From positions 15,194 through 79,193 of the forward strand of contig SSFR01000004.1 in NCBI GenBank assembly GCA_008015505.1: 64,000 bases of DNA, read 5' to 3'. The stretch is from Pedobacter sp. GTDB lineage: Bacteria; Bacteroidota; Bacteroidia; Sphingobacteriales; Sphingobacteriaceae. Below, piece by piece: positions 1-9,560 of the stretch (position 1 is the stretch's first letter; each line of letters starts with the position of its first letter). The notes beneath the pieces were generated by a model. That model worked only from the letters and a program-made list of their open reading frames with translations, was not told where the DNA came from and made no database searches. The translations under genes were made by a program, and so were the position numbers.

Positions 1-188
1 ATTATTTAGTCTCTGCTTACGATGATGCATCCGATCCACAGGGAAGGGTGCATCAAGGCTGGTTTATTTTGGTGGACCTGAATAAGCATATTCGAGGAGC
101 ATATGATGGAACGAAAAAAGAACAAGTAGATAAGATGGTGAAGGATATGGAAATATTATTAGCGGAATGTCAAGGCAAATGCCATTGA
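1..188 (+). CDS. SCO1/SenC-family protein, C-terminal fragment (runs off the window start)
   Basis: Manual translation from nt 3 gives YLVSAYDDASDPQGRVHQGWFILVDLNKHIRGAYDGTKKEQVDKMVKDMEILLAECQGKCH*, with TGA at 186-188. H-x-G-x-FILVD...HIRG-x-YDGT is the SCO-family C-terminal signature. Confidence 0.8.
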   Translation, partial: YLVSAYDDASDPQGRVHQGWFILVDLNKHIRGAYDGTKKEQVDKMVKDMEILLAECQGKCH

Positions 189-202
189 CACTCCGCATAA
201 GA

Positions 203-1711
203 CTATCGCACAGGAAAGTTCATCGTTAGACGTGATCCATCAGCGGTAATACCGCTGATGCGTATCATGTCATTTGTAGAGGCATTCAATGCATTATCAA
301 TATCATCCACACTATTCACCTGCTTTCCATTAATGCTGGTGATGATTAATCCTTTAGGGACATCATATTGGTCGAACAGGCCACCATTACGTATTTCTGC
401 AATCTGCATCCCTGAGCTAATTCCAAACCTCTTTTTAGTAGCATTGTTTAGTGGTGCAAAGCTTGCCCCCAATTTGTTAAATACCTCAGCAGAAGATTGA
501 TTATTATTTTTTGCTGTTTTGATGGACTCCTCACCTTTCAAAGTAACATTGATATTACGTTCTTTTCCGTCACGTAGGTAGGACAGTTGTATTTTATCTC
601 CAGGACGAAGACGGCCAACCCGTTCCTGTAGATCGGAAGATGAAGTAATATCTTTGCCATCTACTTTGACAATAATATCTCCTTTTTTTAGGCCAGCGGA
701 CTCGGCAGCACCTCCTGCCATTACTTGATCAACGTATAAACCATTAATTTGATCTACACCAAGCTGTTTAGCTACTTCAGAATCTAGTTCTCTAAAGCTT
801 ACGCCAATATATCCGCGTTTCACCAAGCCAAATTTCATGAAATCGTCCAGGATTTTTTTAGCCAGGTTGATCGGTATGGCAAAACCGTATCCTTCATAGC
901 TACCACTTTGCGATGCAATAGCCGCATTGATACCAATGAGCTCACCACGCGTATTAACCAAGGCCCCACCACTATTTCCTTTATTGATTGCTGCATCTGT
1001 TTGAATGAATGATTCGATGGCTGTCCGCACTTGTACTTCTCCATTTGATCTGGAGCTATTATTCTGATCCAAGATACCTATCTGACGCCCTTTAGCACTG
1101 ATTATGCCAGCTGTTACGGTTGTATTTAAGGCAAAAGGATACCCTACAGCTAAGACCCACTCACCTACACGTGTCTCGTCCGAATTACCCAATTTCACAA
1201 CTGGAAATCCTTTTCCTTGAATTTTAACCAAGGCTAAATCAGTGTTAGGATCTCGACCAATAACTTTGGCTTGGAACGAACGTTTGTCCGGTAGGATGAC
1301 CTCGATCTTATCAGCATTTTCTACAACATGGTTATTAGTAACAATATAGCCGTCATCAGAAATAATTACCCCCGATCCAGAAGCCATAACAGGGCTTGGA
1401 TTACGTCTTCTGCCTCCAAAAAAATCATCGAACATGCCTTCAAAAGGGTCTCTGTCTGTTCCGTTATTTGAATTATTATAAGTCGTTTTAATATGTACCA
1501 CAGCTGGAGTTACAGCTGCTGCCGCTTGAGTAAAATCAAGATCCCCAGTTGATGTGGTAACTGACCGACCCAAATTATTGGCAAAATAAACTTTCTGCCT
1601 GTCCTCAAAAGACAAGTTGTTATTGTGGTTATTCTCTATGAGTTTGTAGGCTCCAATAGCTACTGCACCCCCAACACATGCAGTTAAAAAAGTAATACCA
1701 ATCGCTTTCAT
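203..1711 (-). CDS. degP: DegP/HtrA (Do family) serine protease with PDZ domains
   Basis: N-terminal membrane anchor; triad motifs TNNHVV, TDLALVK and GNSGGAL; two C-terminal PDZ-like repeats. Confidence 0.95.
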   Translation of the reverse strand: MKAIGITFLTACVGGAVAIGAYKLIENNHNNNLSFEDRQKVYFANNLGRSVTTSTGDLDFTQAAAAVTPAVVHIKTTYNNSNNGTDRDPFEGMFDDFFGGRRRNPSPVMASGSGVIISDDGYIVTNNHVVENADKIEVILPDKRSFQAKVIGRDPNTDLALVKIQGKGFPVVKLGNSDETRVGEWVLAVGYPFALNTTVTAGIISAKGRQIGILDQNNSSRSNGEVQVRTAIESFIQTDAAINKGNSGGALVNTRGELIGINAAIASQSGSYEGYGFAIPINLAKKILDDFMKFGLVKRGYIGVSFRELDSEVAKQLGVDQINGLYVDQVMAGGAAESAGLKKGDIIVKVDGKDITSSSDLQERVGRLRPGDKIQLSYLRDGKERNINVTLKGEESIKTAKNNNQSSAEVFNKLGASFAPLNNATKKRFGISSGMQIAEIRNGGLFDQYDVPKGLIITSINGKQVNSVDDIDNALNASTNDMIRISGITADGSRLTMNFPVR

Positions 1712-1834
1712 ATGTTTAAAGTTTATTTAATTGTCCTGAATAAAGTATACCAATAGACCTAATTCGTCTTTATGATCAATTAGTTAAGGAACTTATCCCG
1801 TTAGTAGTCTCCAAATTATGAACATGAAGGTTAA

Positions 1835-1849
1835 TCAAAAATAATGCCA
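1835..1849 (-). promoter_or_regulatory. sigma54-like -24/-12 element TGGCA-ttattt-TTGA upstream of degP
   Basis: Reverse complement of tcaaaaataatgcca. The same motif and spacing occur upstream of dnaK. Confidence 0.5.
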
Positions 1850-1912
1850 TTAGGGAGATCTTCATAGAGTCGGGTGTGGCAATAGCGTTAAAAAAATGTT
1901 AAACCGCAAATT

Positions 1913-1920
1913 TATATTTG
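1913..1920 (+). promoter_or_regulatory. Bacteroidota -7 promoter box (TATATTTG) upstream of dapF
   Basis: Matches the TAnnTTTG consensus, about 100 nt before the ATG. Confidence 0.45.
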
Positions 1921-2019
1921 AATTTACAATTCAGAAAGATTTATGCGAATTTCGTAATTGGTTTGCATTTGTACTAACCAAATGTATTAAGGTGTTAGTT
2001 GTCATTCAACTTAGAGGTC

Positions 2020-2808
2020 ATGAGATTACATTTTTCTAAATACGAGGGGGCTGGAAACGATTTTATTTTGATTGACAATCGGATGCATTTGGTTAATCAT
2101 CAGCAACCCCAGTTGATTAGTAAACTATGTGACAGACGCTTTGGTATAGGGGCTGATGGAATCATTTTTTTGCAAAATAAAAAGGGTTTCGATTTTGAAA
2201 TGATTTATTATAATGCTGATGGTCAGAGTAGTAGTATGTGTGGAAATGGTGGAAGATGTGCTGTTGCGTTTGCTAAAAAACTAGGCATTATCCATTACCA
2301 AACTACCTTTTACGCGGTTGATGGCTCGCACGATGCAACGCTTATCGAAGATGATCAAGTGAGCTTACAAATGATTGACGTACATCAAATCAATGCAATT
2401 GAAAATGCATTTGTATTGAATACGGGTTCACCACATTATGTGCTTTGTGTAGATGATTTAGCGCACAAAGATGTGTATGTTGATGGTCGAGCAATTCGGT
2501 ATAGTCCGTCCTATGCGGCAGAAGGAATTAATGTCAACTTTGTGGAAAATAAAAGTGATCATTATTTTGTCAGGACCTACGAACGAGGGGTGGAAGATGA
2601 AACCTATGCTTGTGGTACGGGGGTTACTGCGGTAGCCATAGCCATGGCCAAACAGAATCAACAAAGGGGTGCTATTCATACCAAAATTCGTGTTCTAGGT
2701 GGCCGTTTGGATGTTCGTTTTCAATATGATGGCCATGCTTTTACACATGTATTTTTAGAAGGGCCGGCAACTTTTGTGTTCGATGGAATTATCGATATGC
2801 CATCTTAA
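2020..2808 (+). CDS. dapF: Diaminopimelate epimerase
   Basis: FSKYEGAGNDF, MCGNGGRC and ETYACGTG motifs. ATG 2020 is preferred over the upstream TTG at 1999. Confidence 0.97.
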   Translation: MRLHFSKYEGAGNDFILIDNRMHLVNHQQPQLISKLCDRRFGIGADGIIFLQNKKGFDFEMIYYNADGQSSSMCGNGGRCAVAFAKKLGIIHYQTTFYAVDGSHDATLIEDDQVSLQMIDVHQINAIENAFVLNTGSPHYVLCVDDLAHKDVYVDGRAIRYSPSYAAEGINVNFVENKSDHYFVRTYERGVEDETYACGTGVTAVAIAMAKQNQQRGAIHTKIRVLGGRLDVRFQYDGHAFTHVFLEGPATFVFDGIIDMPS

Positions 2809-2863
2809 AGTGGGATTTCATTGTTTGGGTCTTATTTCATCACATCTTATGCCATTTTTTGGT

Positions 2864-2871
2864 TAAATTTG
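2864..2871 (+). promoter_or_regulatory. -7 promoter box (TAAATTTG) for the pseudouridine synthase gene
   Basis: TAnnTTTG 50 nt before the ATG. Confidence 0.5.
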
Positions 2872-2920
2872 CATTTTCCCCATTCTTATTCACTTCTTAG
2901 AAAAAAGAAAGACCCGTATC

Positions 2921-4102
2921 ATGCCATTTCAAGGAAACAGGAACAGTCGAGATGATAAATCCAAAAAATCTGCTAAAAGCATTCCTGCTCATTCGCGGGA
3001 ATTTGGTCGAAAAAAGCGCGAAAAATCAGATCGGCATATAAAAAATAACAACGAATTAACTAGTGGCAAACCAGCTAATAATAACCATACATCAAAGTAT
3101 AGCAAAAGATCAGCTGATTTTCGGTCTATTGAAAATAATCCTTCCTCAAGAGGAAGGGAAAAACCATCCAGCAATAAATCATTTAAAAATGACAGTTCAA
3201 TAACTGATAAAAAGGTATATAGAGAACGGTCCTTTCGCTCTAAATCAGACAGTGCTAAAGATTCAAAGTATACCCGGTCTGGTCAGAGCTCCGATACTTC
3301 TTGGAATGTTGAAGAGCGCTCCAAGTCAAGCGGTCGTATAAAAACGACAAAATCTAAAAGCCATAAAGATCATGAGCTTATTCGCCTTAATCGTTATATA
3401 GCCAATGCAGGTATCTGTTCCCGTCGCAAAGCGGATGAGTTAATTGCTGCGGGTGTCATATCTGTCAATGGCGAAGCTGTTACTGAGCTCGGCTTTAAAG
3501 TAAATCCTGCAAAAGATGTCATTCGATATAATGGCAGGGTATTAAAGCGTGAAAAAATGGTTTATGTGCTTTTAAACAAGCCCAAAGACTATATCACAAC
3601 TACGGATGATCCTCAAGAGCGAAAAACGGTAATGAGCTTAATCGAAAAAGCATCTAGTGAGCGGATTTACCCCATTGGTCGTCTCGATAGAAATACCACA
3701 GGTCTATTATTATTAACCAATGACGGGGACCTGGCTGAAAAATTATCTCATCCAAGAAATCAGATCACTAAAATCTATCAAGTTGAACTAAATAAAAATC
3801 TTACTCAAGGCGATTTTAATAAAATAGCTTATGGTATTGAACTTGAAGATGGATTTATTAAGCCCGATGCGGTGAGCTATGTTGCTGGTGGGGGAAAGAA
3901 TGAAATAGGCATTCAAATACACAGTGGAAAAAACCGAGTTGTTCGCCGAATATTTGAGTCCTTGGGCTATGAGGTAGTTAAACTCGACCGTGTTATTTAT
4001 GCCAATCTTACCAAAAAAGACCTTCCCAGAGGACGATGGAGATATCTTGAAGAAAAAGAAATCATACAGCTAAAACACCTGATGCAGACTAATCCCAAAT
4101 AA
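2921..4102 (+). CDS. rluB: 23S rRNA pseudouridine synthase (RluB/RsuA family) with a long K/S/R-rich disordered N-terminus
   Basis: S4-like RLNRYIANAGICSRRKADELI, LNKP and catalytic GRLDRNTTGLLLLTNDG. Confidence 0.85.
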   Translation: MPFQGNRNSRDDKSKKSAKSIPAHSREFGRKKREKSDRHIKNNNELTSGKPANNNHTSKYSKRSADFRSIENNPSSRGREKPSSNKSFKNDSSITDKKVYRERSFRSKSDSAKDSKYTRSGQSSDTSWNVEERSKSSGRIKTTKSKSHKDHELIRLNRYIANAGICSRRKADELIAAGVISVNGEAVTELGFKVNPAKDVIRYNGRVLKREKMVYVLLNKPKDYITTTDDPQERKTVMSLIEKASSERIYPIGRLDRNTTGLLLLTNDGDLAEKLSHPRNQITKIYQVELNKNLTQGDFNKIAYGIELEDGFIKPDAVSYVAGGGKNEIGIQIHSGKNRVVRRIFESLGYEVVKLDRVIYANLTKKDLPRGRWRYLEEKEIIQLKHLMQTNPK

Positions 4103-4113
4103 GGAACAGTATT

Positions 4114-6174
4114 TTATGCTTTTGACTGCTTGGTTGCTACAACATAAAGCGTGAGTCCCATGATGATAAAAAAGAGAAATCCAAGAAATTGGTAATTATC
4201 TGCTCCTAAATTCTCTGTCAAGTATTGCTCTATATTTAATTGGTCTATGGGTTTTGCTGTTGTTTCGAATGCTTTTAAAAAGGCATAAACTACACCCATT
4301 AATGCCCCACCAGCTACTAAACCTGTCGCAAATAGACTTCCTTTTCCTAACTCACTATCCTCTATTTGTTCATCTTTCTTTTTTGCCCGCTGATCGACAA
4401 GTCCCTTGATAAGACCGCCAGCAAAAATGGGAAGTGTAGTTGATAAGGGCAAATAAGCACCAACAGCAAATGACAGCGATTGAACTTCGCATAGCTCCAT
4501 CGTAATAGCCAAAAAAACCCCAACCAATACGAATTGCCAATCTAAGTTGAACGATAGTAAACCCTTAATCAAGGTAGCCATCAATGTTCCTTGTGGTGCG
4601 GGAAAAGCATCTGTTCCAATGGCATGTTGAATACCCTGCGCTAGAAGCACAGGACTTGGGCGATCTAAAATCGAAAGTGTCACGCCAATCACTACTGCTG
4701 ATACAATAGCCCCAACAAATAAAGCAAACTGTTGATATTTGGGAGTTGCACCTACTATATAACCCGTTTTTAAATCTTGTGAGGTAGCTCCCGCATTAGC
4801 CGCAGCAATACAAATCATGCTACCCACGACTAAAGCCATGGGTTCAAACAAATGTCCCGTCCAACCAATACTAACAAACACCAAGCAGGTACCCATAAGT
4901 GTAGCAATGGTCATACCTGAGATTGGGTTTGATGAAGAACCTATTAAGCCAACAATCCGACTCGAAACCGTCACAAAGAAAAATCCAAATAAAATAATAA
5001 GCACTCCAATTAATAATTTATTAACCAAAGAATCACCTGGTATTTGTGGTAAGACAGCCATTAATACCACCAAGGCAGCACTTCCCAAAATAACGATCTT
5101 GAAGGATAGATCATGTTCTGTTCGTTTTATTTCTAATTTCTGAGTAGTTTGTTTATTTCCACGGACGGACCTCAAACTCGATTTAAATGAGGAAATAATA
5201 GTCGGAATCGTTTTAATTAGAGTAATAAATCCACCGGCAGCCACTGCACCGGCACCAATCTGGCGCACATATGCCTTATAAATAGCTAATGCCGTATCTG
5301 TAAAAGATCGGGTTTGGGGGTTCCATCCCCCAGGACCTCCGGGACTTGCTAGATCCCTCAAATAGCCTAGCTTAATCAATTGCATGGCAACTGTTTCGGC
5401 TGGCACTACAGATGCTAGTAAGGGAATTAATCCTAACCAAGCAAGTACTCCTCCAGCAACCAACACTCCTGCTATTCGAGGTCCAATGATATAGCCTACC
5501 CCCAAATATTCAGGGGTGATGTCTCCATTTATAGTGGCTGAAGGAAAATACTTGTTAGTTTGTCCGGTTACCCAAGCGGGAGTTTCAGCAATCAAATGGA
5601 ATACTTTTTGGAGAATCGCATAAACAAAGGCAAAACCTAAACCTTGATAGGCTGTTTTAGCGAAATCACCACCTTTATCTCCAGCAATCAATACAGATGC
5701 ACAAGCTGTTCCTTCCGGATAAGGAAGTGATTCATGTTCTTCCACAATCAATGAACGTCGAAGTGGGATCATCATTAATGTTCCCAAAATCCCCCCCAAG
5801 GCAGCAAGAAAAAATATAGGCCAATAGGAAAAAAAACTCTCCCCATGACTCCCTGATGATAAAAATAGGAATCCAGGAAGCGTGAAAACCACACCAGCAG
5901 CAATAGATTCCCCAGCTGAACCCGTCGTTTGAATAATATTATTTTCAAGAATAGTTGTTTTGAAAAATTTCTTTCCGATCGAAATAGCTAAAACAGCAAC
6001 TGGAATAGATGCTGATACCGTCAATCCAGCCTTCAAGGCTAAATAAACAGTTGCAGCTCCAAAGATGACCCCAAAAAGGGCGCCCAGCAGAATGGATTTT
6101 AGAGTAAACTCAGCAATTCGACTATCAGCCGATACATAAGGGGTAGTTCCTTTCTTAGATGAATTAGTGGACAT
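4114..6174 (-). CDS. OPT-family oligopeptide transporter
   Basis: YLALKAGLTVSASIP, ENNIIQTTGSAGES, LPYPEGTACA, SSNPISG and QDLKTG motifs; polytopic membrane protein. Confidence 0.93.
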   Translation of the reverse strand: MSTNSSKKGTTPYVSADSRIAEFTLKSILLGALFGVIFGAATVYLALKAGLTVSASIPVAVLAISIGKKFFKTTILENNIIQTTGSAGESIAAGVVFTLPGFLFLSSGSHGESFFSYWPIFFLAALGGILGTLMMIPLRRSLIVEEHESLPYPEGTACASVLIAGDKGGDFAKTAYQGLGFAFVYAILQKVFHLIAETPAWVTGQTNKYFPSATINGDITPEYLGVGYIIGPRIAGVLVAGGVLAWLGLIPLLASVVPAETVAMQLIKLGYLRDLASPGGPGGWNPQTRSFTDTALAIYKAYVRQIGAGAVAAGGFITLIKTIPTIISSFKSSLRSVRGNKQTTQKLEIKRTEHDLSFKIVILGSAALVVLMAVLPQIPGDSLVNKLLIGVLIILFGFFFVTVSSRIVGLIGSSSNPISGMTIATLMGTCLVFVSIGWTGHLFEPMALVVGSMICIAAANAGATSQDLKTGYIVGATPKYQQFALFVGAIVSAVVIGVTLSILDRPSPVLLAQGIQHAIGTDAFPAPQGTLMATLIKGLLSFNLDWQFVLVGVFLAITMELCEVQSLSFAVGAYLPLSTTLPIFAGGLIKGLVDQRAKKKDEQIEDSELGKGSLFATGLVAGGALMGVVYAFLKAFETTAKPIDQLNIEQYLTENLGADNYQFLGFLFFIIMGLTLYVVATKQSKA

Positions 6175-6280
6175 GCGTTTTGTGGGTTGGTGTCCGACGA
6201 AAATAATTTTTTTTGATGACTATGAGAGCCATTATAGGTAGAGTTTTGACCGCGAAGTAGAATAAAGTAGTTTTGTGTAA

Positions 6281-6775
6281 ATGAAATATCAAAGAAAGGC
6301 CATTTTTTTAGATAGGGACGGTGTACTTAATGAAGAGATAGGTGATTATGTTTGTCGTTTAGAAGATTTTAACATTCTAGAACACAATTTTGCCCCACTA
6401 CTTGAGCTCCAACGCAGTGGATATTTATTAATCATTATTACTAATCAGGGTGGCTTGGCTAAAGGATGGTATGCCGAAGAAGTACTTCATCAGATGCACG
6501 CTCATTTGAGGGTAACTTATCTCCGGCATGGAATTAAGCTTACGGAGATCTATTATTGTCATCATCATCCTGAATTTAATGGAAATTGTTTGTGCCGTAA
6601 ACCTGGTTCTATCCTTGTTGAGAAGGCATTGGCTCGATTTAATATTAATGCTTCAAAATCGTATTTCATCGGGGATCGACAGCGCGACATTACCGCCGGA
6701 GAGGCCGCCGGAGTAAAAGGTATTTTGATCAATAGCAATCAGTCGATTGCCGACGTGTTGCATCGAATCATCTAA
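6281..6775 (+). CDS. gmhB: HAD IIIA phosphatase, D-glycero-D-manno-heptose-1,7-bisphosphate phosphatase-like
   Basis: FLDRDGVLN, TNQGG, Zn motif CHHH..CLCRKP and IGDRQRD. Confidence 0.8.
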   Translation: MKYQRKAIFLDRDGVLNEEIGDYVCRLEDFNILEHNFAPLLELQRSGYLLIIITNQGGLAKGWYAEEVLHQMHAHLRVTYLRHGIKLTEIYYCHHHPEFNGNCLCRKPGSILVEKALARFNINASKSYFIGDRQRDITAGEAAGVKGILINSNQSIADVLHRII

Positions 6776-6796
6776 AATATAAGACAGATAAGTTTA

Positions 6797-7474
6797 TCAT
6801 TTGAGCTTAGCCTCCGAGGAAGAGGCTGCCCCAGCATGGTCCGCTAAAAATTGAGCTAAACCACTATCCGTTAACGGATGTTTAAGTAAGGCAAGTATAG
6901 CCGATAATGGTCCCGTCATCACATCGGCGCCTACTTTAGCACACTGGATGATATGCATCGGGTGGCGAATTGAAGCAGCTAGAATCTCTGTTTCAAAGCC
7001 ATAGTTATCATAAATCAATCGAATATCTTCAATTAAGGCTAATCCATCTGTTGAGACATCATCCAAACGACCCACAAACGGAGAAACATAAGTGGCTCCA
7101 GCTTTGGCCGCTAGTAAGGCCTGTCCAGCAGAAAATACAAGGGTACAATTTGTTTTGATTCCTTTAGAACTAAAGTACTTGATTGCCTTGATACCGTCTT
7201 TAATCATTGGAACTTTCACCACAATTTTGGGATTTAGTGCAGCAAGAAGAGTACCTTCTTGGATGATTTCTTCATAAGCAGTCGCAATTACTTCAGCACT
7301 CACATCACCATCTACTAGATCACAAATAGCCTTATAATGATTAATCACCCGATCATGGCCAGTAATACCTTCTTTTGCCATTAGGCTAGGATTGGTCGTT
7401 ACACCGTCCAAAACACCTAAATCTTGAGCCTCTTTTATTTGTACCAGATTAGCTGTGTCAATAAAAAATTTCAT
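6797..7474 (-). CDS. fsa: Transaldolase of the short TalC/Fsa family
   Basis: [22 protein letters not shown] and [11 protein letters not shown] motifs. Glu in SAEV plus Phe in SPF indicates transaldolase chemistry. Confidence 0.9.
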   Translation of the reverse strand: MKFFIDTANLVQIKEAQDLGVLDGVTTNPSLMAKEGITGHDRVINHYKAICDLVDGDVSAEVIATAYEEIIQEGTLLAALNPKIVVKVPMIKDGIKAIKYFSSKGIKTNCTLVFSAGQALLAAKAGATYVSPFVGRLDDVSTDGLALIEDIRLIYDNYGFETEILAASIRHPMHIIQCAKVGADVMTGPLSAILALLKHPLTDSGLAQFLADHAGAASSSEAKLK

Positions 7475-7538
7475 ACCGATTACTATCTAGGAGATTGTTT
7501 AAGCAGCACTATATCTACAGGAATGTATTTAAGAAAAA

Positions 7539-7639
7539 ATGGGCAAGCCCCCTTTATCGCACCGCTACAACCTTCTACCCTTGCTGCGTTCCCACCCTGG
7601 GGGAGTTCAAAGGGAGCTGGTCGTAAAGGACTTACCCAT
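7539..7639 (-). ncRNA. ffs: Signal recognition particle RNA (small bacterial 4.5S type)
   Basis: The minus strand reads atgggtaagtcc...gaactcccccAGGgtgGGAAcgcAGCAaggg...gggcttgcccat. The termini pair over 12 bp, and the helix-8-like CAGG/GGAA loop/AGCA core is present. A -7 box TACTTTTG lies 5 nt upstream. Confidence 0.9.
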
Positions 7640-7644
7640 GGGGG

Positions 7645-7652
7645 CAAAAGTA
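7645..7652 (-). promoter_or_regulatory. -7 promoter box (TACTTTTG) of ffs
   Basis: caaaagta on the + strand, just 5' of the predicted SRP RNA start. Confidence 0.7.
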
Positions 7653-7764
7653 GCAATTTTTTCGATTCATGAATTTGAAAATTTTATACAAAAATTAAAT
7701 CTCCCTTATCTCCGCAACAACAAGCCAATCAAAAACATAACTTTGGGTGTTAAATTTTACTGCT

Positions 7765-8079
7765 ATGCAAGAAATTACCGTACAAACTTTAAAACAAAAA
7801 TTAGACAACAAAGAAGATTTCCAACTGATCGACGTACGCGAAACCTTTGAATACGAAATGTCTAATCTGGGTGGTGAGAACATTCCACTTGCCGGCATAT
7901 TAATTGAGGCAGATAAAATCAGTAAGGACAAACCCGTGATTGTACACTGCCGAAGTGGAAAACGAAGTATGATAGCCATCATGCAGTTAGAGCAACTCGG
8001 ATTTACCAATCTGTATAACCTTAGAGGGGGAATCCTAGCCTGGGCTGAAGAAATAGAACCCAACTTACAAGTTTACTAG
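7765..8079 (+). CDS. Single-domain rhodanese-like protein
   Basis: LIDVRETFEY and VHCRSGKRS motifs. ATG 7765 follows a TAACTTTG box at 7738-7745. Confidence 0.9.
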   Translation: MQEITVQTLKQKLDNKEDFQLIDVRETFEYEMSNLGGENIPLAGILIEADKISKDKPVIVHCRSGKRSMIAIMQLEQLGFTNLYNLRGGILAWAEEIEPNLQVY

Positions 8080-8362
8080 CGTGTTTAAAAAAGTTCTTTT
8101 AAATATATTTCTCGATGTAATCACTATCGTAAAATACCTTTCTACGCAAGCGTATATACGCTTGCTTCCCTTTCCAATAGCAGTCTTCATCATACAAATA
8201 AAATGCCCCATTGCTTTGTAGAAAGGCAAAACATTCTTTTTCAAATGCGCGCTCCCTCTGTGCTGAACGCATATGAATGCTAAATTTTCGTTACTAGTTA
8301 TAAATCAGCTGAAATTAATTCATCCGCTACACCTGTGTTTTACAAAAAATAATTTATTTGAC

Positions 8363-9550
8363 ATGAGGGTTATTCTATTTGACGACTTATCACAACGTGC
8401 CAAGCTATTTCCGCTGACACTTACACGTCCCATTGCCGCATTGCGTGTTGGTATTTTAACCATATCCGAAAAATGGGAAAAGTATCTAGGTTGCCCGGTA
8501 AGTTACCAAACCGAACCATATTTACAGAAAAAATTTCCTGTCAAATATGACGAGCAGAATTTATTGATCAATGGATCATTATGTCCAAATAGTGAACTTA
8601 TTGAAAAGATCAATAATCTTTCAACAGATGAAGCATTATTTGCTTATGATACCTTATTAGCTATCAAATTACCTGAGGAATTGGCTAAAAAATGGGATTG
8701 TCTTGATCTATCCATGTATAAACCCATTCATTATAAAGCCCCTATCACGAAGCTTGTTTTTCCAGAAGACATTTTTAAGTGGAATGACGCTGAAATTCGA
8801 AAAGATTACACATTATTAACCAAAAACAGGACTTCTCAAAATTTAAGTAATACCAATTGCATTTTGGGTGAAAATATTTTTATCGAAGAGGGTGTTAGTG
8901 TCGAATGTTCAACATTAAATACGCTCGAAGGCCCCATATACCTAGGAAAAAACAGTCAAATCTGGGAAGGATGTAATATCCGAGGGTCTTTTGCACTTTG
9001 TGAGCACGCTCAAGTCAAAATGGGGGCGAAGATATATGGAATGACCACTATCGGACCTCATTCCAGAGTTGGGGGGGAGATTAATAATGCCGTCATTCTT
9101 GGATACACCTCTAAAGGTCATGATGGATATCTAGGAAATTCTGTTTTAGGAGAATGGTGTAACCTAGGAGCAGACACCAATACCTCCAATCTTAAAAATA
9201 ATTATTCTGAGGTAAGTCTATGGGATTATAATAAAATGTACTTTCGCAAAACCGGACTCCAGTTCTGCGGTCTTATTATGGCCGATCACGCAAAGTGTTC
9301 CATAAACACGATGTTTAATACCGGCACGGTGGTAGGTGTAGGTGCCAATATCTTTGGTGCAGGTTTCCCTAAAAACTTTGTCCCTGATTTTGCATGGGGG
9401 GGAGCTGGGGGATTTGAGACTCATCAATTAACCAAACTATTTGAGACTGCTGAAAAGGTATTTGCACGTAGAAACAAAAGCTTTGATGTGACCGAAAAAG
9501 ACATATTAATTAAGGTATTTGAACTCACGGAGACCGCTAGAATCATTTAA
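8363..9550 (+). CDS. GlmU-related putative sugar nucleotidyltransferase with a hexapeptide (LbH) domain
   Basis: LFPLTLTRPIAALRVGILTI N-terminus, hexapeptide repeats, KGHDGYLGNSVLGEWCNLGADTN. ATG 8363 is preferred. Confidence 0.85.
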   Translation: MRVILFDDLSQRAKLFPLTLTRPIAALRVGILTISEKWEKYLGCPVSYQTEPYLQKKFPVKYDEQNLLINGSLCPNSELIEKINNLSTDEALFAYDTLLAIKLPEELAKKWDCLDLSMYKPIHYKAPITKLVFPEDIFKWNDAEIRKDYTLLTKNRTSQNLSNTNCILGENIFIEEGVSVECSTLNTLEGPIYLGKNSQIWEGCNIRGSFALCEHAQVKMGAKIYGMTTIGPHSRVGGEINNAVILGYTSKGHDGYLGNSVLGEWCNLGADTNTSNLKNNYSEVSLWDYNKMYFRKTGLQFCGLIMADHAKCSINTMFNTGTVVGVGANIFGAGFPKNFVPDFAWGGAGGFETHQLTKLFETAEKVFARRNKSFDVTEKDILIKVFELTETARII

Positions 9551-9560
9551 AGTACAAATC

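Noticed and set aside
1876-1890. TGGCA-atagcg-TTAA on the + strand toward dapF
   Set aside because: The -12 half is a poorer match and dapF already has a TAnnTTTG box; likely chance.
2921-3370. Long low-complexity N-terminus of RluB, and the C-terminal tail of L17 (58839-59000)
   Set aside because: Such disordered extensions are common in Bacteroidota orthologs; not novel.
7424-7850. ORFs 7424..7672(-) and 7539..7850(+)
   Set aside because: They overlap the SRP RNA and its promoter and have no protein-like motifs; spurious.
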